Assembly: GCA_026387335.1 (NCBI GenBank) | Contig: JAPLLX010000001.1 | Location: 106,620-170,619 of the forward strand | DNA: 64,000 nucleotides | Source of the DNA: Candidatus Omnitrophota bacterium | GTDB taxonomy: Bacteria; Omnitrophota; Gorgyraeia; Gygaellales; Profunditerraquicolaceae | Direction: 5' to 3' | Part shown: piece after piece, positions 9,825-20,067 of the stretch | Position numbering within the stretch: position 1 is the stretch's first letter | How the letters are laid out: each line of letters starts with the position of its first letter | Program-made: the position numbers and the translations under genes | The notes under the pieces: generated by a model | What the model saw: only the letters and a program-made list of their open reading frames with translations | Database searches by the model: none | What the model was told of the DNA's origin: nothing

Positions 9825-11000
9825 ATGACTAAATCAATGAAAAATAAGGTTATTGCCATAATTCCTGCCCGTGGAGGGTCAAAAGGCATACCTAGAAAGA
9901 ATATTGTTAATTTCGCAGGAAAACCTCTATTAGCTTGGTCTATTTTGCAGGCAAAATTATCAAAAATGATATCTGCGGTATACGTTACTTCTGATAGCCT
10001 GCAGATTTTAGAAATTGCAACAAAATACGGAGCCCTGCCAATTCTCAGGCCAAAAAAAATTTCTGGTGATTCAGACTCATCAGAATCCGCTTTGTTACAC
10101 GCTTTGAGTCATATTAAAGAGAAGCCCGATTATATTGTTTTTTTACAGGCAACCTCCCCGCTTAGGAAGCCCGGTGATATTGATAATGCGATAAAGAAGA
10201 TTATTAAACAGAAAGCGGATTCTTTAGTATCATTTATCGAATTACGGGAATTTATATGGAGTAAATCAAAAGATAAATTTTTTTCCTTAACTTTTGACTG
10301 TAAAAATAGAAAGCGAAGGCAGGAGCTAGAGCCGTTATTTCGTGAAAATGGATCCATATTTATATTTAAGCCAGAAATATTAAAACGATTAAAAAATCGT
10401 ATTGGCGCTAAGATGTCTGCCTATATTATGGAGCCATGGCAAAAAGCCGATATTGACGATAAAGTGGATTTGCAATATTGTGAGTGGCTCTTCTGGAAAT
10501 ACCTGGCAAAGGTCTATGGAAAATATATTTTTGAAAATATTCAGTTGATTGTTTATGATTTTGATGGAGTGATGACAGATAACAGAGTTTTTATTGATAA
10601 ACGGGGTAGTGAATGGGTTAAGGTTAACCGGGCTGACGGATTAGCTGTTTCGAGAATAAAAGAAGCGGGAATTAAGCAAGTAATACTTTCTTCAGAGGAA
10701 AATCAGGTTATTAAGAAACGAGCAGATAAATTAGGCTTGCCTTGTCTATATGGAATAGCCAACAAAAAAAAGGCGCTGGAAAGATATTTAGAAGCTAATC
10801 GCATCAGTAAAGATAAAGTAATTTTTGTAGGAAATGATATTAATGATATGGAAGCCATGCGATATGTTGGTTATCCTGTAGCTACTAATGATGCAAATGC
10901 AGAAGTAAAAAGAATTGCTAAAATTGTTACCGAGGCAAAAGGCGGGGATGGCGTTATAAGGGAACTGTTGGATATGTTTAAGGCAGTAAGTAGACAGTAA
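9825..11000 (+). CDS. neuA: CMP-nonulosonate synthetase (NeuA) fused to a KdsC-like HAD phosphatase
   Basis: IIPARGGSKGIPRKN, LQATSPLR, ENGS, DID; C-terminal DFDGVMTD and GNDINDM. Confidence 0.9.
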   Translation: MTKSMKNKVIAIIPARGGSKGIPRKNIVNFAGKPLLAWSILQAKLSKMISAVYVTSDSLQILEIATKYGALPILRPKKISGDSDSSESALLHALSHIKEKPDYIVFLQATSPLRKPGDIDNAIKKIIKQKADSLVSFIELREFIWSKSKDKFFSLTFDCKNRKRRQELEPLFRENGSIFIFKPEILKRLKNRIGAKMSAYIMEPWQKADIDDKVDLQYCEWLFWKYLAKVYGKYIFENIQLIVYDFDGVMTDNRVFIDKRGSEWVKVNRADGLAVSRIKEAGIKQVILSSEENQVIKKRADKLGLPCLYGIANKKKALERYLEANRISKDKVIFVGNDINDMEAMRYVGYPVATNDANAEVKRIAKIVTEAKGGDGVIRELLDMFKAVSRQ

Positions 11001-11065
11001 TGGTGGTTAAAAAGATAGAAGGATAGCTCGCTAGGTATATTATCTCTTGAAGAAATAGGAAGGGA

Positions 11066-11923
11066 GTGAAAAATATGATTAGTTTTGAAGATCTTAAGAG
11101 TCCTTATCTAATAGCCGAGATAGGCATTAATCATAACGGCGATTTACAGCTCACCAAGAAGCTTATTGACGCGGCGCATGCATGTAACTGGAATTGCGTA
11201 AAATTCCAAAAAAAGAACCCTGATTTATGCGTTCCCGAGAGCCAAAAAAGTGTTATTAAAGATACCCCTTGGGGTAAGATGAGTTATTTAGAGTACAAGC
11301 ATAAGCTGGAATTTGGCAAAAAAGAATACGACTTCATAGATAGATATTGCAAAGAAAAGCCGATTAGTTGGGCCGCATCCGTTTGGGATATCGATAGTCT
11401 TAATTTTATCAAAGAATATAATGTCGCTTTCATTAAAATACCTTCAGCTAAAGTTGCGGATTTAAAACTTATCAAAGAAACGGCATCTTCTAAATGTACA
11501 GTCATTCTTTCTACGGGTATGTCTACTATAGAAGAGATTGATAGCGCCGTAGAAGTACTCCGTAAATATAGTAAAAATTTCCTCCTTATGCATACTAACG
11601 CTAGCTACCCTGCTGATACAAAAGAATTAAATCTTAATTGTATTAAGACATTGAGAGATAGGTACAACTGTTCCGTAGGATATAGCGGCCATGAATATAG
11701 TATCGAACCGACGGTTTACGCGACGGTTTTAGGGGCTAAAGTTGTAGAACGCCATATTACTTTGGATCACGAAATGTGGGGGACAGATCAATCATCAAGC
11801 ATTGAGCCTATGGGTATGGATATGCTTTATAAAAGAGTCAGGTACATCAATGAAATTTTAGGCGATGGTATAAAAAGAATAACCAAGGGCGAACTTAGCG
11901 TCAAGAAGAAGCTTAGAGGGTAA
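11066..11923 (+). CDS. neuB: NeuB-family nonulosonate synthase lacking the C-terminal SAF domain
   Basis: IAEIGINHNG, VKFQK, STGM, GYSGHE, ERHITLD; only 285 aa. Confidence 0.9.
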   Translation: MKNMISFEDLKSPYLIAEIGINHNGDLQLTKKLIDAAHACNWNCVKFQKKNPDLCVPESQKSVIKDTPWGKMSYLEYKHKLEFGKKEYDFIDRYCKEKPISWAASVWDIDSLNFIKEYNVAFIKIPSAKVADLKLIKETASSKCTVILSTGMSTIEEIDSAVEVLRKYSKNFLLMHTNASYPADTKELNLNCIKTLRDRYNCSVGYSGHEYSIEPTVYATVLGAKVVERHITLDHEMWGTDQSSSIEPMGMDMLYKRVRYINEILGDGIKRITKGELSVKKKLRG

Positions 11924-11948
11924 GAATTATCCAATTAAGGAGAGTGCT

Positions 11949-13817
11949 ATGTATTTAAAATTTTATAGAAAAGGCCGTAACTTCAATGAGAGGATAGAAT
12001 TAAGGCGTAGTGGGGAGGCTTGCTTCATTCAAGAGCAGGGCGTAGAAACAATCTTGGAAGGGAAATTCTACTATTATAATGATAGTCACGAAAAAATCGT
12101 GCTAATAAATAGGCCGGAAGTTCAGCTGGAAGCATTTATAAAAAAATACGGAATTAGCGATTTCATTGAAAGAGTTGAAGGTGAATATTGCGGTATACGG
12201 ATAGATAGAGGTAAGAGGCGCCTAAAAATATTCAGCGATAAATTAAAGCAGAAGGAACTCTATTTCTTTTATAATGAGGATGTTTTTATTGCTTCAGATG
12301 ATTGTAATAAAATTATTACGGAAATAGGGAGTTTAGAGATAGAGGAAAATAGTCTATTAAGCGCAGTTTTACTCCATATTTCCAAAGGCCATACGCTCTT
12401 CAAGAATATCTATCGTTTGAAATACAATGAGATCATTGAACTCAGCGAAGATAAGGTTATAATCGGTTATCATGATGACCGTGATATAAATATCCTTGAA
12501 AGTTCCGAGCTGGACTCTTCCCGCTATGAAAAAATCTTTAAGAATGCGATTTTATCAAGGGCATCAAATAAGTTTAATTTGGTTTATAGCTCCGGGGGTT
12601 GGGATTCAACGATGATCCTGGCCATCTTAAGGCAGAATTTCGAAAAGAGTAAGATAAGAGGGATCGCGGTTAAATTTATCCTTCAAGACGGAAGCTGCTT
12701 TAATGAATTTGAAATGAATAAGCTTAAAAAACTAAGTAAAACTCTCGACGTAGGAATAGACGAATTGACTATCGATTTCCGAAAAAAAGAACTTTACTAC
12801 CAATTTGAAAGAGTAAGCAGGGATTTATTTATAAATAACCTTTTCTATTTTTGCCCTACAAGATGGGCTAAGACGGTTGATTATATCAGCGGTAAATATG
12901 GAAAAGATGTGGTTATTTTTAATGGAGAAGGTTCTGATTCTTTGCATAACTACGGTTTTTCTCAACATATTTCTCTTCCTCACGATAATTATGATTTCAA
13001 AGAATATGCTGATAAAATGAAAAATTATCTATTCGGTCCAGAATTCTTTAAAAGAATTGAAAATAAAACTTTTCAAGAAGATTCAATCTATAAGATTTTC
13101 TTGCAATTTCACCCGGATTTAGAATTTGTGAAAGCAGGCAATTTAGAGAAAAAAAATAGATTTTTTTATTATCTACTCTCGTTTATATACTCAGATATAA
13201 GAGTTCCATTCCGCAAGGTTGGGGACGGAAAGTATTTTCAAAAAAAAGCAATTCGAAAATTTGAAAGATGGCTAGAGAAATACTACTTTGGCAAAGCTGC
13301 TGTTAACATAAGCGAAAGTAACTTGTACTACTATTTTTCTTACCTTTATACTCTTTTTCATTTGCAAAGTCCGCAGATTCGTATCTATAGAGAAGGATTA
13401 GTTAATACCCGGTTTCCTTTTATTGATATGAACCTATTCAGATTTCTATATAAGATGCCGCAACATTTTGGCAGGGGACTGAATTTTAATCATATAAAAT
13501 ATCCACTCAGAATATTGGCGGAGAAAGTCCTGTCAGAATCGCAACGCGCTATCCTAGAGAATGGACCCCATTCATATTTAAGCGAGGTTAGAAAGATGAA
13601 TATTAATGACGAATGGTGCTTAAGAGGTCCGGAGTATGAATATATGAAAGATAACATAGACATGAGGAAAGTGTTAAAAGTTTTCAAAGCCGATACATAC
13701 TCTACGCATGAAATACAGAATTTAATAAGAAGGTTCCAGCAGGGCAGGTTAAGAAATATAACTAAGCTTGAAGCAAGGCTCCTGCAGCTTTTTGCACTGT
13801 TGAGCGCTAATTATTAA
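11949..13817 (+). CDS. AsnB-like ATP-dependent amide ligase with degenerate Ntn domain (no Cys1)
   Basis: PP-loop SGGWDS, NGEGSD, RFPFID, KYPLR; N-terminus lacks MCGI. Confidence 0.7.
   Translation: MYLKFYRKGRNFNERIELRRSGEACFIQEQGVETILEGKFYYYNDSHEKIVLINRPEVQLEAFIKKYGISDFIERVEGEYCGIRIDRGKRRLKIFSDKLKQKELYFFYNEDVFIASDDCNKIITEIGSLEIEENSLLSAVLLHISKGHTLFKNIYRLKYNEIIELSEDKVIIGYHDDRDINILESSELDSSRYEKIFKNAILSRASNKFNLVYSSGGWDSTMILAILRQNFEKSKIRGIAVKFILQDGSCFNEFEMNKLKKLSKTLDVGIDELTIDFRKKELYYQFERVSRDLFINNLFYFCPTRWAKTVDYISGKYGKDVVIFNGEGSDSLHNYGFSQHISLPHDNYDFKEYADKMKNYLFGPEFFKRIENKTFQEDSIYKIFLQFHPDLEFVKAGNLEKKNRFFYYLLSFIYSDIRVPFRKVGDGKYFQKKAIRKFERWLEKYYFGKAAVNISESNLYYYFSYLYTLFHLQSPQIRIYREGLVNTRFPFIDMNLFRFLYKMPQHFGRGLNFNHIKYPLRILAEKVLSESQRAILENGPHSYLSEVRKMNINDEWCLRGPEYEYMKDNIDMRKVLKVFKADTYSTHEIQNLIRRFQQGRLRNITKLEARLLQLFALLSANY
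13686..13784 (+). repeat. Copy 1 of a 99-bp imperfect direct repeat (3' end of AsnB-like gene)
   Basis: Ungapped match to 18750-18848, 12 mismatches by manual count. Confidence 0.9.
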
Positions 13818-13821
13818 CAAA

Positions 13822-14895
13822 ATGGTAAAGAATTGCCTGATTTCTGAAAGATATCTAGACGATGGGAATAGTATTATTTCTTTGACTGATTTTCAAAATG
13901 AATGTATTAAGAAATTTAACAATGACGCAAGGATAAAATACAAAGAGTTAAGAAAATGTCCTTTATGCGAGTACTTAAATTTTACTTTAATTGCCAAAAA
14001 AGACCACTACGGATTTTCAGTAGATACTGTAGTTTGCGACAGATGCGGATTAATTTTTAGCCTTAAACAAATGACGGATGAAAGCATAGCGATATTTTAT
14101 TCAGAATATTATAGGGGGATTTACGAAGGGACAGTTAAGCCCCAGAGGCAACATTATAGTGAGTACCTCAGGCATAAAAAGATACCTAAGTTTTTAGGAA
14201 AGGATAGCGTTATTGTGGAGATTGGCACTGGCGCAGGAAGAAATTTATTGAAATATAAGAAGAATAATTTAAAACATTATGGTTTTGATTTTGACGAAGA
14301 GTATATAGATTTTGGAAAGAAAACATTTGGGCTAAATTTATATGTCGGCGGAATAGATAGAGCGCAATCTTTAGGCATCAAGGCCGATTATATAATTCTG
14401 ACACATGTATTAGAGCATACGAACGATCCGATTAAGTTCCTTACGGATATTAAGAGGATTATGAATGATAAGGCTATTTTAAATATCTACGTTCCCTGTA
14501 GGAGCCTACTACTTACCGGAGGAGGCGGGACCGGGTTTGATTTATTAGGCACATTGCAAAATGCGCACAATTTTTTATTTGATGAATTTACGTTAAAGTA
14601 CATGGCTCTAGCCGCGGGCTATAGGTATAGTTGTGTTTTAGGCGGGCATATAGTAATGAGTAAGAACAGGTTTGGTATAGGCAATGCGGGAGAAATTGAA
14701 AATATGCTAAAAGATAGAAAGAGAGGTAATAAGGTAATCAATTTCTTAATTTTTTGCGAGAAAATGGTTCCACTTAAAAATAAAATTATACCGTTAAGAT
14801 TACGCTCGCACTTACACTCTCTTTATTATTTATTCAAACCGTTTGAAATGCTCAAAATGTATTTAGTGTTTAGGAGAGGAATGTTTCTCTATTAA
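13822..14895 (+). CDS. Class I SAM methyltransferase with N-terminal Zn-binding motif
   Basis: CPLC...CDRCG, EIGTGAG, HVLEH. Confidence 0.8.
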   Translation: MVKNCLISERYLDDGNSIISLTDFQNECIKKFNNDARIKYKELRKCPLCEYLNFTLIAKKDHYGFSVDTVVCDRCGLIFSLKQMTDESIAIFYSEYYRGIYEGTVKPQRQHYSEYLRHKKIPKFLGKDSVIVEIGTGAGRNLLKYKKNNLKHYGFDFDEEYIDFGKKTFGLNLYVGGIDRAQSLGIKADYIILTHVLEHTNDPIKFLTDIKRIMNDKAILNIYVPCRSLLLTGGGGTGFDLLGTLQNAHNFLFDEFTLKYMALAAGYRYSCVLGGHIVMSKNRFGIGNAGEIENMLKDRKRGNKVINFLIFCEKMVPLKNKIIPLRLRSHLHSLYYLFKPFEMLKMYLVFRRGMFLY

Positions 14896-14906
14896 AAATT
14901 ACATAA

Positions 14907-15950
14907 ATGATGAAAAACAAGTTTGAAGCTATTAAATATTTAATGAAGCCATTTTTTTTCTGGGTTCCCTCATATTTAAGAGAGAAAGTTATGTATCCGT
15001 ATGCTACATATTTTACATTGCCCCTGATAATAGATAAACCGAAAAACCTCATTTTGGAACTAACTAATATCTGTAATCTTAAATGCAAGATTTGCAATCG
15101 GCCCTCTCAAGAATCTCCGGTAGGCAGCATGCAGCTCTCTTTGGCTACGGAACTTATAAAGAGAGCCTATGATTGCGGTATAGATCAGGTTGCCTTCCAT
15201 ACCGTGGGGGAGCCGTTGGTATACCCTTATTTAAAAGAGGTGCTTACTTTCGCAAAAAAACTTGGTTATCCGATAATGATAAGCACCAACGCGAATTTAT
15301 TGACCAAAGAAAATTCAGATATGCTTTTAGACGTTGGTATCGATAGATTGCGTATTTCATTAGAAGGCACTGATGAAAAATATAATGAGGTAAGGGAGGG
15401 AGGAGATTTCAATAAGGTAATTAAAAACCTGGAATACTTTCATAAAAAGAGGCATGGGCATCCTAACATACGATTAGATCTGACTTATGTTATTACAAGA
15501 GATACTGTTGAATGCATTAAAAGTTTCCTGGAAAAATACAGTTATCTCTTTGACGAAATTATCTTTACGCCTCTTATTAACCAGGGGAATATGCAAAATG
15601 ATTATGTCAAAAACAGATCAATTATTTTGTTTAAAAATAACAGATACCCGTGCTTTAATTTATGGACAACCATGTATGTCACTTTTAATGGCGATGTCAG
15701 CGTGTGTTGTGTTGACTATAATCATAAATTGATTATTGGCAATGTGCATGACAGCTCGTTGCTGGATTTATGGAATTCAGATGCTTATAAACAGTATCGC
15801 AGGTTAAACAGGGAAGGAAAGGTTAATAAAATAAAGTACTGCAGCAATTGCACTGTGCCTGTTCTTGGAAGCAATTTTTATATGACTAAAATAGCGGATA
15901 AAGTAAGAAAAGACTATGGGTTAAGCATCAATATACTTGGTAGATACTAA
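14907..15950 (+). CDS. Radical SAM / SPASM-Twitch protein
   Basis: CNLKCKIC, GEPL, STNA; C-terminal CFNLW...GDVSVCC...GN...CSNC. Confidence 0.9.
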   Translation: MMKNKFEAIKYLMKPFFFWVPSYLREKVMYPYATYFTLPLIIDKPKNLILELTNICNLKCKICNRPSQESPVGSMQLSLATELIKRAYDCGIDQVAFHTVGEPLVYPYLKEVLTFAKKLGYPIMISTNANLLTKENSDMLLDVGIDRLRISLEGTDEKYNEVREGGDFNKVIKNLEYFHKKRHGHPNIRLDLTYVITRDTVECIKSFLEKYSYLFDEIIFTPLINQGNMQNDYVKNRSIILFKNNRYPCFNLWTTMYVTFNGDVSVCCVDYNHKLIIGNVHDSSLLDLWNSDAYKQYRRLNREGKVNKIKYCSNCTVPVLGSNFYMTKIADKVRKDYGLSINILGRY

Positions 15951-15996
15951 ATGGATGTTAGATGGTAGAAAGAAGGTTAAAAAAGGAGTGAAGAAC

Positions 15997-17514
15997 ATGT
16001 CGGTAGCTAGTACCTCGTCAAGCGCTACCTTCAACCATTATAAGCGCTTTATATCCGATAGTATCTCGGTATTCTTGGGGTATATATTTATTTATGGTCG
16101 AGGTTTTATACTGATGCCCCTCTTGATTAAGAATGTTGGTATTAGCTTATATGGAGGTTATGTGGTGTTATTCACAGGCCTAGGTTTTATATCCGGGGTG
16201 TCAACGCTTGGGGTTGGTTTTAGTTTTAGACGATTTCTGCCGTCAAGCGTTTCTGTTTTAGAAAAAAGAAAACTGCTTTATCCGCAGTTTATTTTTCAAC
16301 TCGTAAGTATTCTTGCTATCTGCTTGATATTGATTATCCTATCCGATTCAATCGAGGGAGCATTCTTTAAGAATCAGATCAATTTCTCCATGTGGTTGGC
16401 TGTTCCGATATTGGTTGTTACCGTGGTGTATAGCGCATCTAATGATTATTTTAGATATACGCAAAGAATAAAACGTCATACGTTAGCCGTAACAAGCGAG
16501 TCATATTTAATGGTTTTGTTTGTAGTCATCGCTATAGTTGTTTTTCACAAGAAAAATATTAATATGCTATTATTGGCAGAACTTTGCGCGTTGATTGTCG
16601 TTTCAATACCACTTGCCTTAAAAATTTACAAAGAAATAGGATGTCAATTTTTAATTCCCAGCAGGGATTTTATCGTTAAAGAGATTAATTTGGGTTTTCC
16701 CTTAACATTGGCATATATTGTAGATTTTATCCTAAGCGGTAGCGACAAATTCATAATTGCCTTTTTATTATCGGTAAAAGAAGTCGGTTATTATAGCCCG
16801 GCATACGCGCTTGCTTCGTATATAATATTATTCCCGAAAGTCTTTGGAGTTGTCCTGCCGCCGCTTCTTTCCAAAGCTACAGACAGCGGAGAACATGATC
16901 TGAGTAATAAATTAATAAGCTATACCCTTAAATCTTTTATTTTGGTTTCTGTTCCTTTTATAATTGGCAGTATTATCTTAGGCTATCCATTATTGCTTCT
17001 ACTCACGAATAAAGAAGTAGCGGATGCCGCTTACATAACCGTACCAATAATCGCTTCCGGGATATTCTTTTACGGACTCAACCTTATCTTATGCAATATA
17101 CTTTTTGTGAGAATGGAAACTAAGGGCATATTTAGCATAACCGCAGTTTCTGCTTTATTGAATTTAATACTTAATATTGTATTTATTTATATTTTTAGAA
17201 GCATACTGGTAGCAGCAGTCACAACGTTTATAGGCTACTTTGTAGGTTTTACTATCCTTTGTTTTAAACTTAAGGATACTTTTGAAATAAAATATTATAT
17301 CCCAATTTTCCTGAAATCTTTTTTTGCGTCTATATTTATGGCTGCCATATTATATTATGGAAAACTTACTTTAGGTAGTAGTCTTTGGGCAGTTTTAACT
17401 TTAATTTTTTCCGGGATTTTACTATATATATTATTTATATCTATTTTAAAGGTGTTTAAAAAGAGTGAAATAAATTTTGTGCGCAATTATTTAATGGGCC
17501 TCAATAAGTCTTGA
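15997..17514 (+). CDS. wzx: Wzx-type oligosaccharide flippase (MOP superfamily)
   Basis: Many hydrophobic TM segments, SDKFII..VGYYS.AY, LNLILN; ATG 15997 behind GGAG. Confidence 0.85.
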   Translation: MSVASTSSSATFNHYKRFISDSISVFLGYIFIYGRGFILMPLLIKNVGISLYGGYVVLFTGLGFISGVSTLGVGFSFRRFLPSSVSVLEKRKLLYPQFIFQLVSILAICLILIILSDSIEGAFFKNQINFSMWLAVPILVVTVVYSASNDYFRYTQRIKRHTLAVTSESYLMVLFVVIAIVVFHKKNINMLLLAELCALIVVSIPLALKIYKEIGCQFLIPSRDFIVKEINLGFPLTLAYIVDFILSGSDKFIIAFLLSVKEVGYYSPAYALASYIILFPKVFGVVLPPLLSKATDSGEHDLSNKLISYTLKSFILVSVPFIIGSIILGYPLLLLLTNKEVADAAYITVPIIASGIFFYGLNLILCNILFVRMETKGIFSITAVSALLNLILNIVFIYIFRSILVAAVTTFIGYFVGFTILCFKLKDTFEIKYYIPIFLKSFFASIFMAAILYYGKLTLGSSLWAVLTLIFSGILLYILFISILKVFKKSEINFVRNYLMGLNKS

Positions 17515-17594
17515 TTTAACTGTTCATATTAACCTGAAAGATATGAATTAGCAAAAAAAGTATTGGGCGCGTAAATTGTATTTCTTAATTACCT

Positions 17595-18704
17595 ATGAGT
17601 AAATTAAAATTATCTTTAGTAACAACTAACCGCAATGATAGCTATATGGGTAATTCTAATTATAGATTAGAGGTATCCATTAATTATCTTGCCGAGCAAT
17701 TGGCTTACTTGGATAAATTGGATGATGTTGAATATATTATCGTTGATTGGGGAAGTAAGCAACCTTTGCATTCCGTATTGAATTTAAGCGATAATGCAAA
17801 GAAAATAACAAGGTTTATATTAGTTCCCGTTTCCCTGGCTGAAAAAATAAAAGCTAAGAGCGATTTTCCGGCAGCTATGGCTTTTAATATAGGCATAAGG
17901 CGCTCAAGAGGAGATTTAGTTACCATATCTCCGGCAGACACCATTTTTCCTGCCAAGCTGTTAGATAAAGTTTTAAGCCCTGGGCATAACTCAAAAAACA
18001 AGATCAATAGCGATGAGTCTTTATTTGTATTTGCCAGAAAGAATATTCCGATGGAAATAGTAAATAGAAAGTTCAATGTTAATGAACTAACCGAATTTAT
18101 CGATAAAAATAATGAATTATTAGTTATAAAAAATGTTAACCCTTATCTTTTTTCTGGTACGGGAGTGCTGATAATGAGACGAAGTTTGTGGTTTGAATGC
18201 CATGCTTTTGATGAGAAAATTCTTCATTGGGGCTGGAATGACATTGATTTATGCTTGAGAGTTCGCTTAAGGTATCCCGTAAAAAATATGAGTAAAGAGT
18301 GGGATTCTTATGTTTATCATCTCGATCATTATCCGGTTGGTTTTAACCATGAAAAAATAGCGCAACCCGTACTGAATCAATTTGCCGTTAATACAGAGAG
18401 GTGGGGATTTTTAGACCATGGATTTGAAGAGTTTCCGAGCAAGCCGTCATCTGATTTATTTAGTGATATTTCTAAGCCTCAAACGGCGGATCTGCATTTC
18501 AGAAGAAAACACTGGTTAAATCTATTCAAATTCCTACTTTTTAGCCCGGTACACTTAACAGCTGCTTTATATGCTTTAAAAATGATTTTTATTGCGGATT
18601 CCGGTAATAGTTGGATCTTAAGCAAGTCTTATCATGGCTTTAAAATGTTTAAAAATAAAATAAATACTATCTTAAGAAGGCCGCTTGAGAATGAAACCAA
18701 TTAG
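17595..18704 (+). CDS. Putative GT-A fold glycosyltransferase
   Basis: RNDSYMG, EYIIVDW, NIGIRRSRG, ADT, FDE...WGWND, YHLDH. Confidence 0.7.
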   Translation: MSKLKLSLVTTNRNDSYMGNSNYRLEVSINYLAEQLAYLDKLDDVEYIIVDWGSKQPLHSVLNLSDNAKKITRFILVPVSLAEKIKAKSDFPAAMAFNIGIRRSRGDLVTISPADTIFPAKLLDKVLSPGHNSKNKINSDESLFVFARKNIPMEIVNRKFNVNELTEFIDKNNELLVIKNVNPYLFSGTGVLIMRRSLWFECHAFDEKILHWGWNDIDLCLRVRLRYPVKNMSKEWDSYVYHLDHYPVGFNHEKIAQPVLNQFAVNTERWGFLDHGFEEFPSKPSSDLFSDISKPQTADLHFRRKHWLNLFKFLLFSPVHLTAALYALKMIFIADSGNSWILSKSYHGFKMFKNKINTILRRPLENETN

Positions 18705-18851
18705 GATCATTCTAATAAATAATTTAACAATGGCATTGTTTATTGCCGTAAAGCCGATACATACTCTACGGATGAAATACAGAATTTAATAAGAAGATTC
18801 CAGCGGGGTAGGTTAGGTAATATAGCCAAACTCGGAGCAAGGTTCCTGTAA
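18691..18851 (+). pseudogene. Chimeric scar: 5' end of a sialyltransferase-like paralog joined to a copy of the AsnB-like 3' end
   Basis: 18691 MKPIRIILINNLTMALFIA resembles KPVRIFIIQTLTSALFMA of the 18856 gene; 18750-18848 repeats 13686-13784. Confidence 0.75.
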
Positions 18852-18855
18852 AAAA

Positions 18856-20067
18856 ATGAACGATTCCTTAGTTATAAAACCGGTAAGGATTTTTATTATC
18901 CAGACTTTAACTTCGGCTTTATTTATGGCCGCCTATTATAAGCAAGAAAAAATGCGCGACGAAAAGTATCGTGATATCTGTGTTATTCCTTATTCAAAAA
19001 TATGTAATACTGATAATCAAGAATTTATTGTGGCTTGCAAAAATATTACCAGATTTATTTCTGAAGAAATAATTACCTTCGCGGAACAGGATATTTATTA
19101 TGTTCCAATGAGCTTTAAGAATCTAGGTCAGTATAGGCAAAAAAAGAAAAAATATTTAACTGTCATAAAAGAAATGTGTGAAAAGAACAATATAAGAATA
19201 GGTTTGATAAAGGAAATATATCACAGTAATCGAGCTTTCCATCAATATTTTAAATACTTAAATCCTAAAAGTAAATTAATCGGTTTTGAGCACGGGCTTA
19301 GCGATACCAGATGCTTCTTATTGCAAGATAACGCTATCAATATAATAAAGAATATCGTTAAATGCGTAATGGGGGGGATTTTTTTCATTTTTTATTCCTA
19401 TTTAGAAAATGATGATTTAAATGTTTCGTTATTGGCCCCCGAAATTAGAAAAATTAATAAAAAGATAAATATAAAGTATTTATACCCCAAACAAATTATT
19501 GAGATAGCAAACAAAATTGTCTATGATGATCTTAATGATACAGGTTTTTTTAACGAACATAAATCGATAGGAATAATAATAAACAGCGATGGTTTTAGCT
19601 TAGCTCAAAAAAGAGAGGATCGTTTAAAATTTCATAGGGATTTCGCTGTGTATATTTTAGAAAAAATAAAAGGATTATACCCTGAAGTTAAAACCATTAT
19701 TTTTAAAACCAGGTCTTTCGATCATATATTAGACAAGGATTTCTCTGATGTTAAAGAAGATTTGGTTAAGCTTTTCAATGGCTATAAAGTGTTCTTTTTT
19801 GACGAGATAACCAAAACAAATTATCCCCCTGAGTTTTATATAAATATTATACGTCCTAAATTTATTTTTGGTGATGTTTCTAGCGGACTTTTTTATTCTA
19901 AGGCCCTAATGCCAGAAATTGCAACTTATGATTATAATGAATACGTATCTAATTATGAATTTAAGCATTTTGGAGCTACTCTGCCAGATTATAAGTGGTT
20001 AAATGATATTTTCTTTAAGAGGTTCCGGGTTATCTTTAAAGATATTTTGCCAAAAAGGACCTTTTAG
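18856..20067 (+). CDS. Putative nonulosonate (sialyl)transferase-like protein
   Basis: FEHG (E/D-x-G-like motif), PPEFY, GDVSSGLFY as in bacterial GT-B sialyltransferases; NeuA/NeuB nearby; very AT-rich. Confidence 0.5.
   Translation: MNDSLVIKPVRIFIIQTLTSALFMAAYYKQEKMRDEKYRDICVIPYSKICNTDNQEFIVACKNITRFISEEIITFAEQDIYYVPMSFKNLGQYRQKKKKYLTVIKEMCEKNNIRIGLIKEIYHSNRAFHQYFKYLNPKSKLIGFEHGLSDTRCFLLQDNAINIIKNIVKCVMGGIFFIFYSYLENDDLNVSLLAPEIRKINKKINIKYLYPKQIIEIANKIVYDDLNDTGFFNEHKSIGIIINSDGFSLAQKREDRLKFHRDFAVYILEKIKGLYPEVKTIIFKTRSFDHILDKDFSDVKEDLVKLFNGYKVFFFDEITKTNYPPEFYINIIRPKFIFGDVSSGLFYSKALMPEIATYDYNEYVSNYEFKHFGATLPDYKWLNDIFFKRFRVIFKDILPKRTF

Noticed and set aside
17523-17547. TTCATAT...ATATGAA hairpin after wzx as a terminator
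   Set aside because: Weak AT-rich 7-bp stem, long loop, no U-tract
19371-19377. G7 tract in the sialyltransferase-like gene (also G7 at 38802-38808) as phase-variation sites
   Set aside because: Tracts are short, genes are in frame and there is no read evidence of slippage
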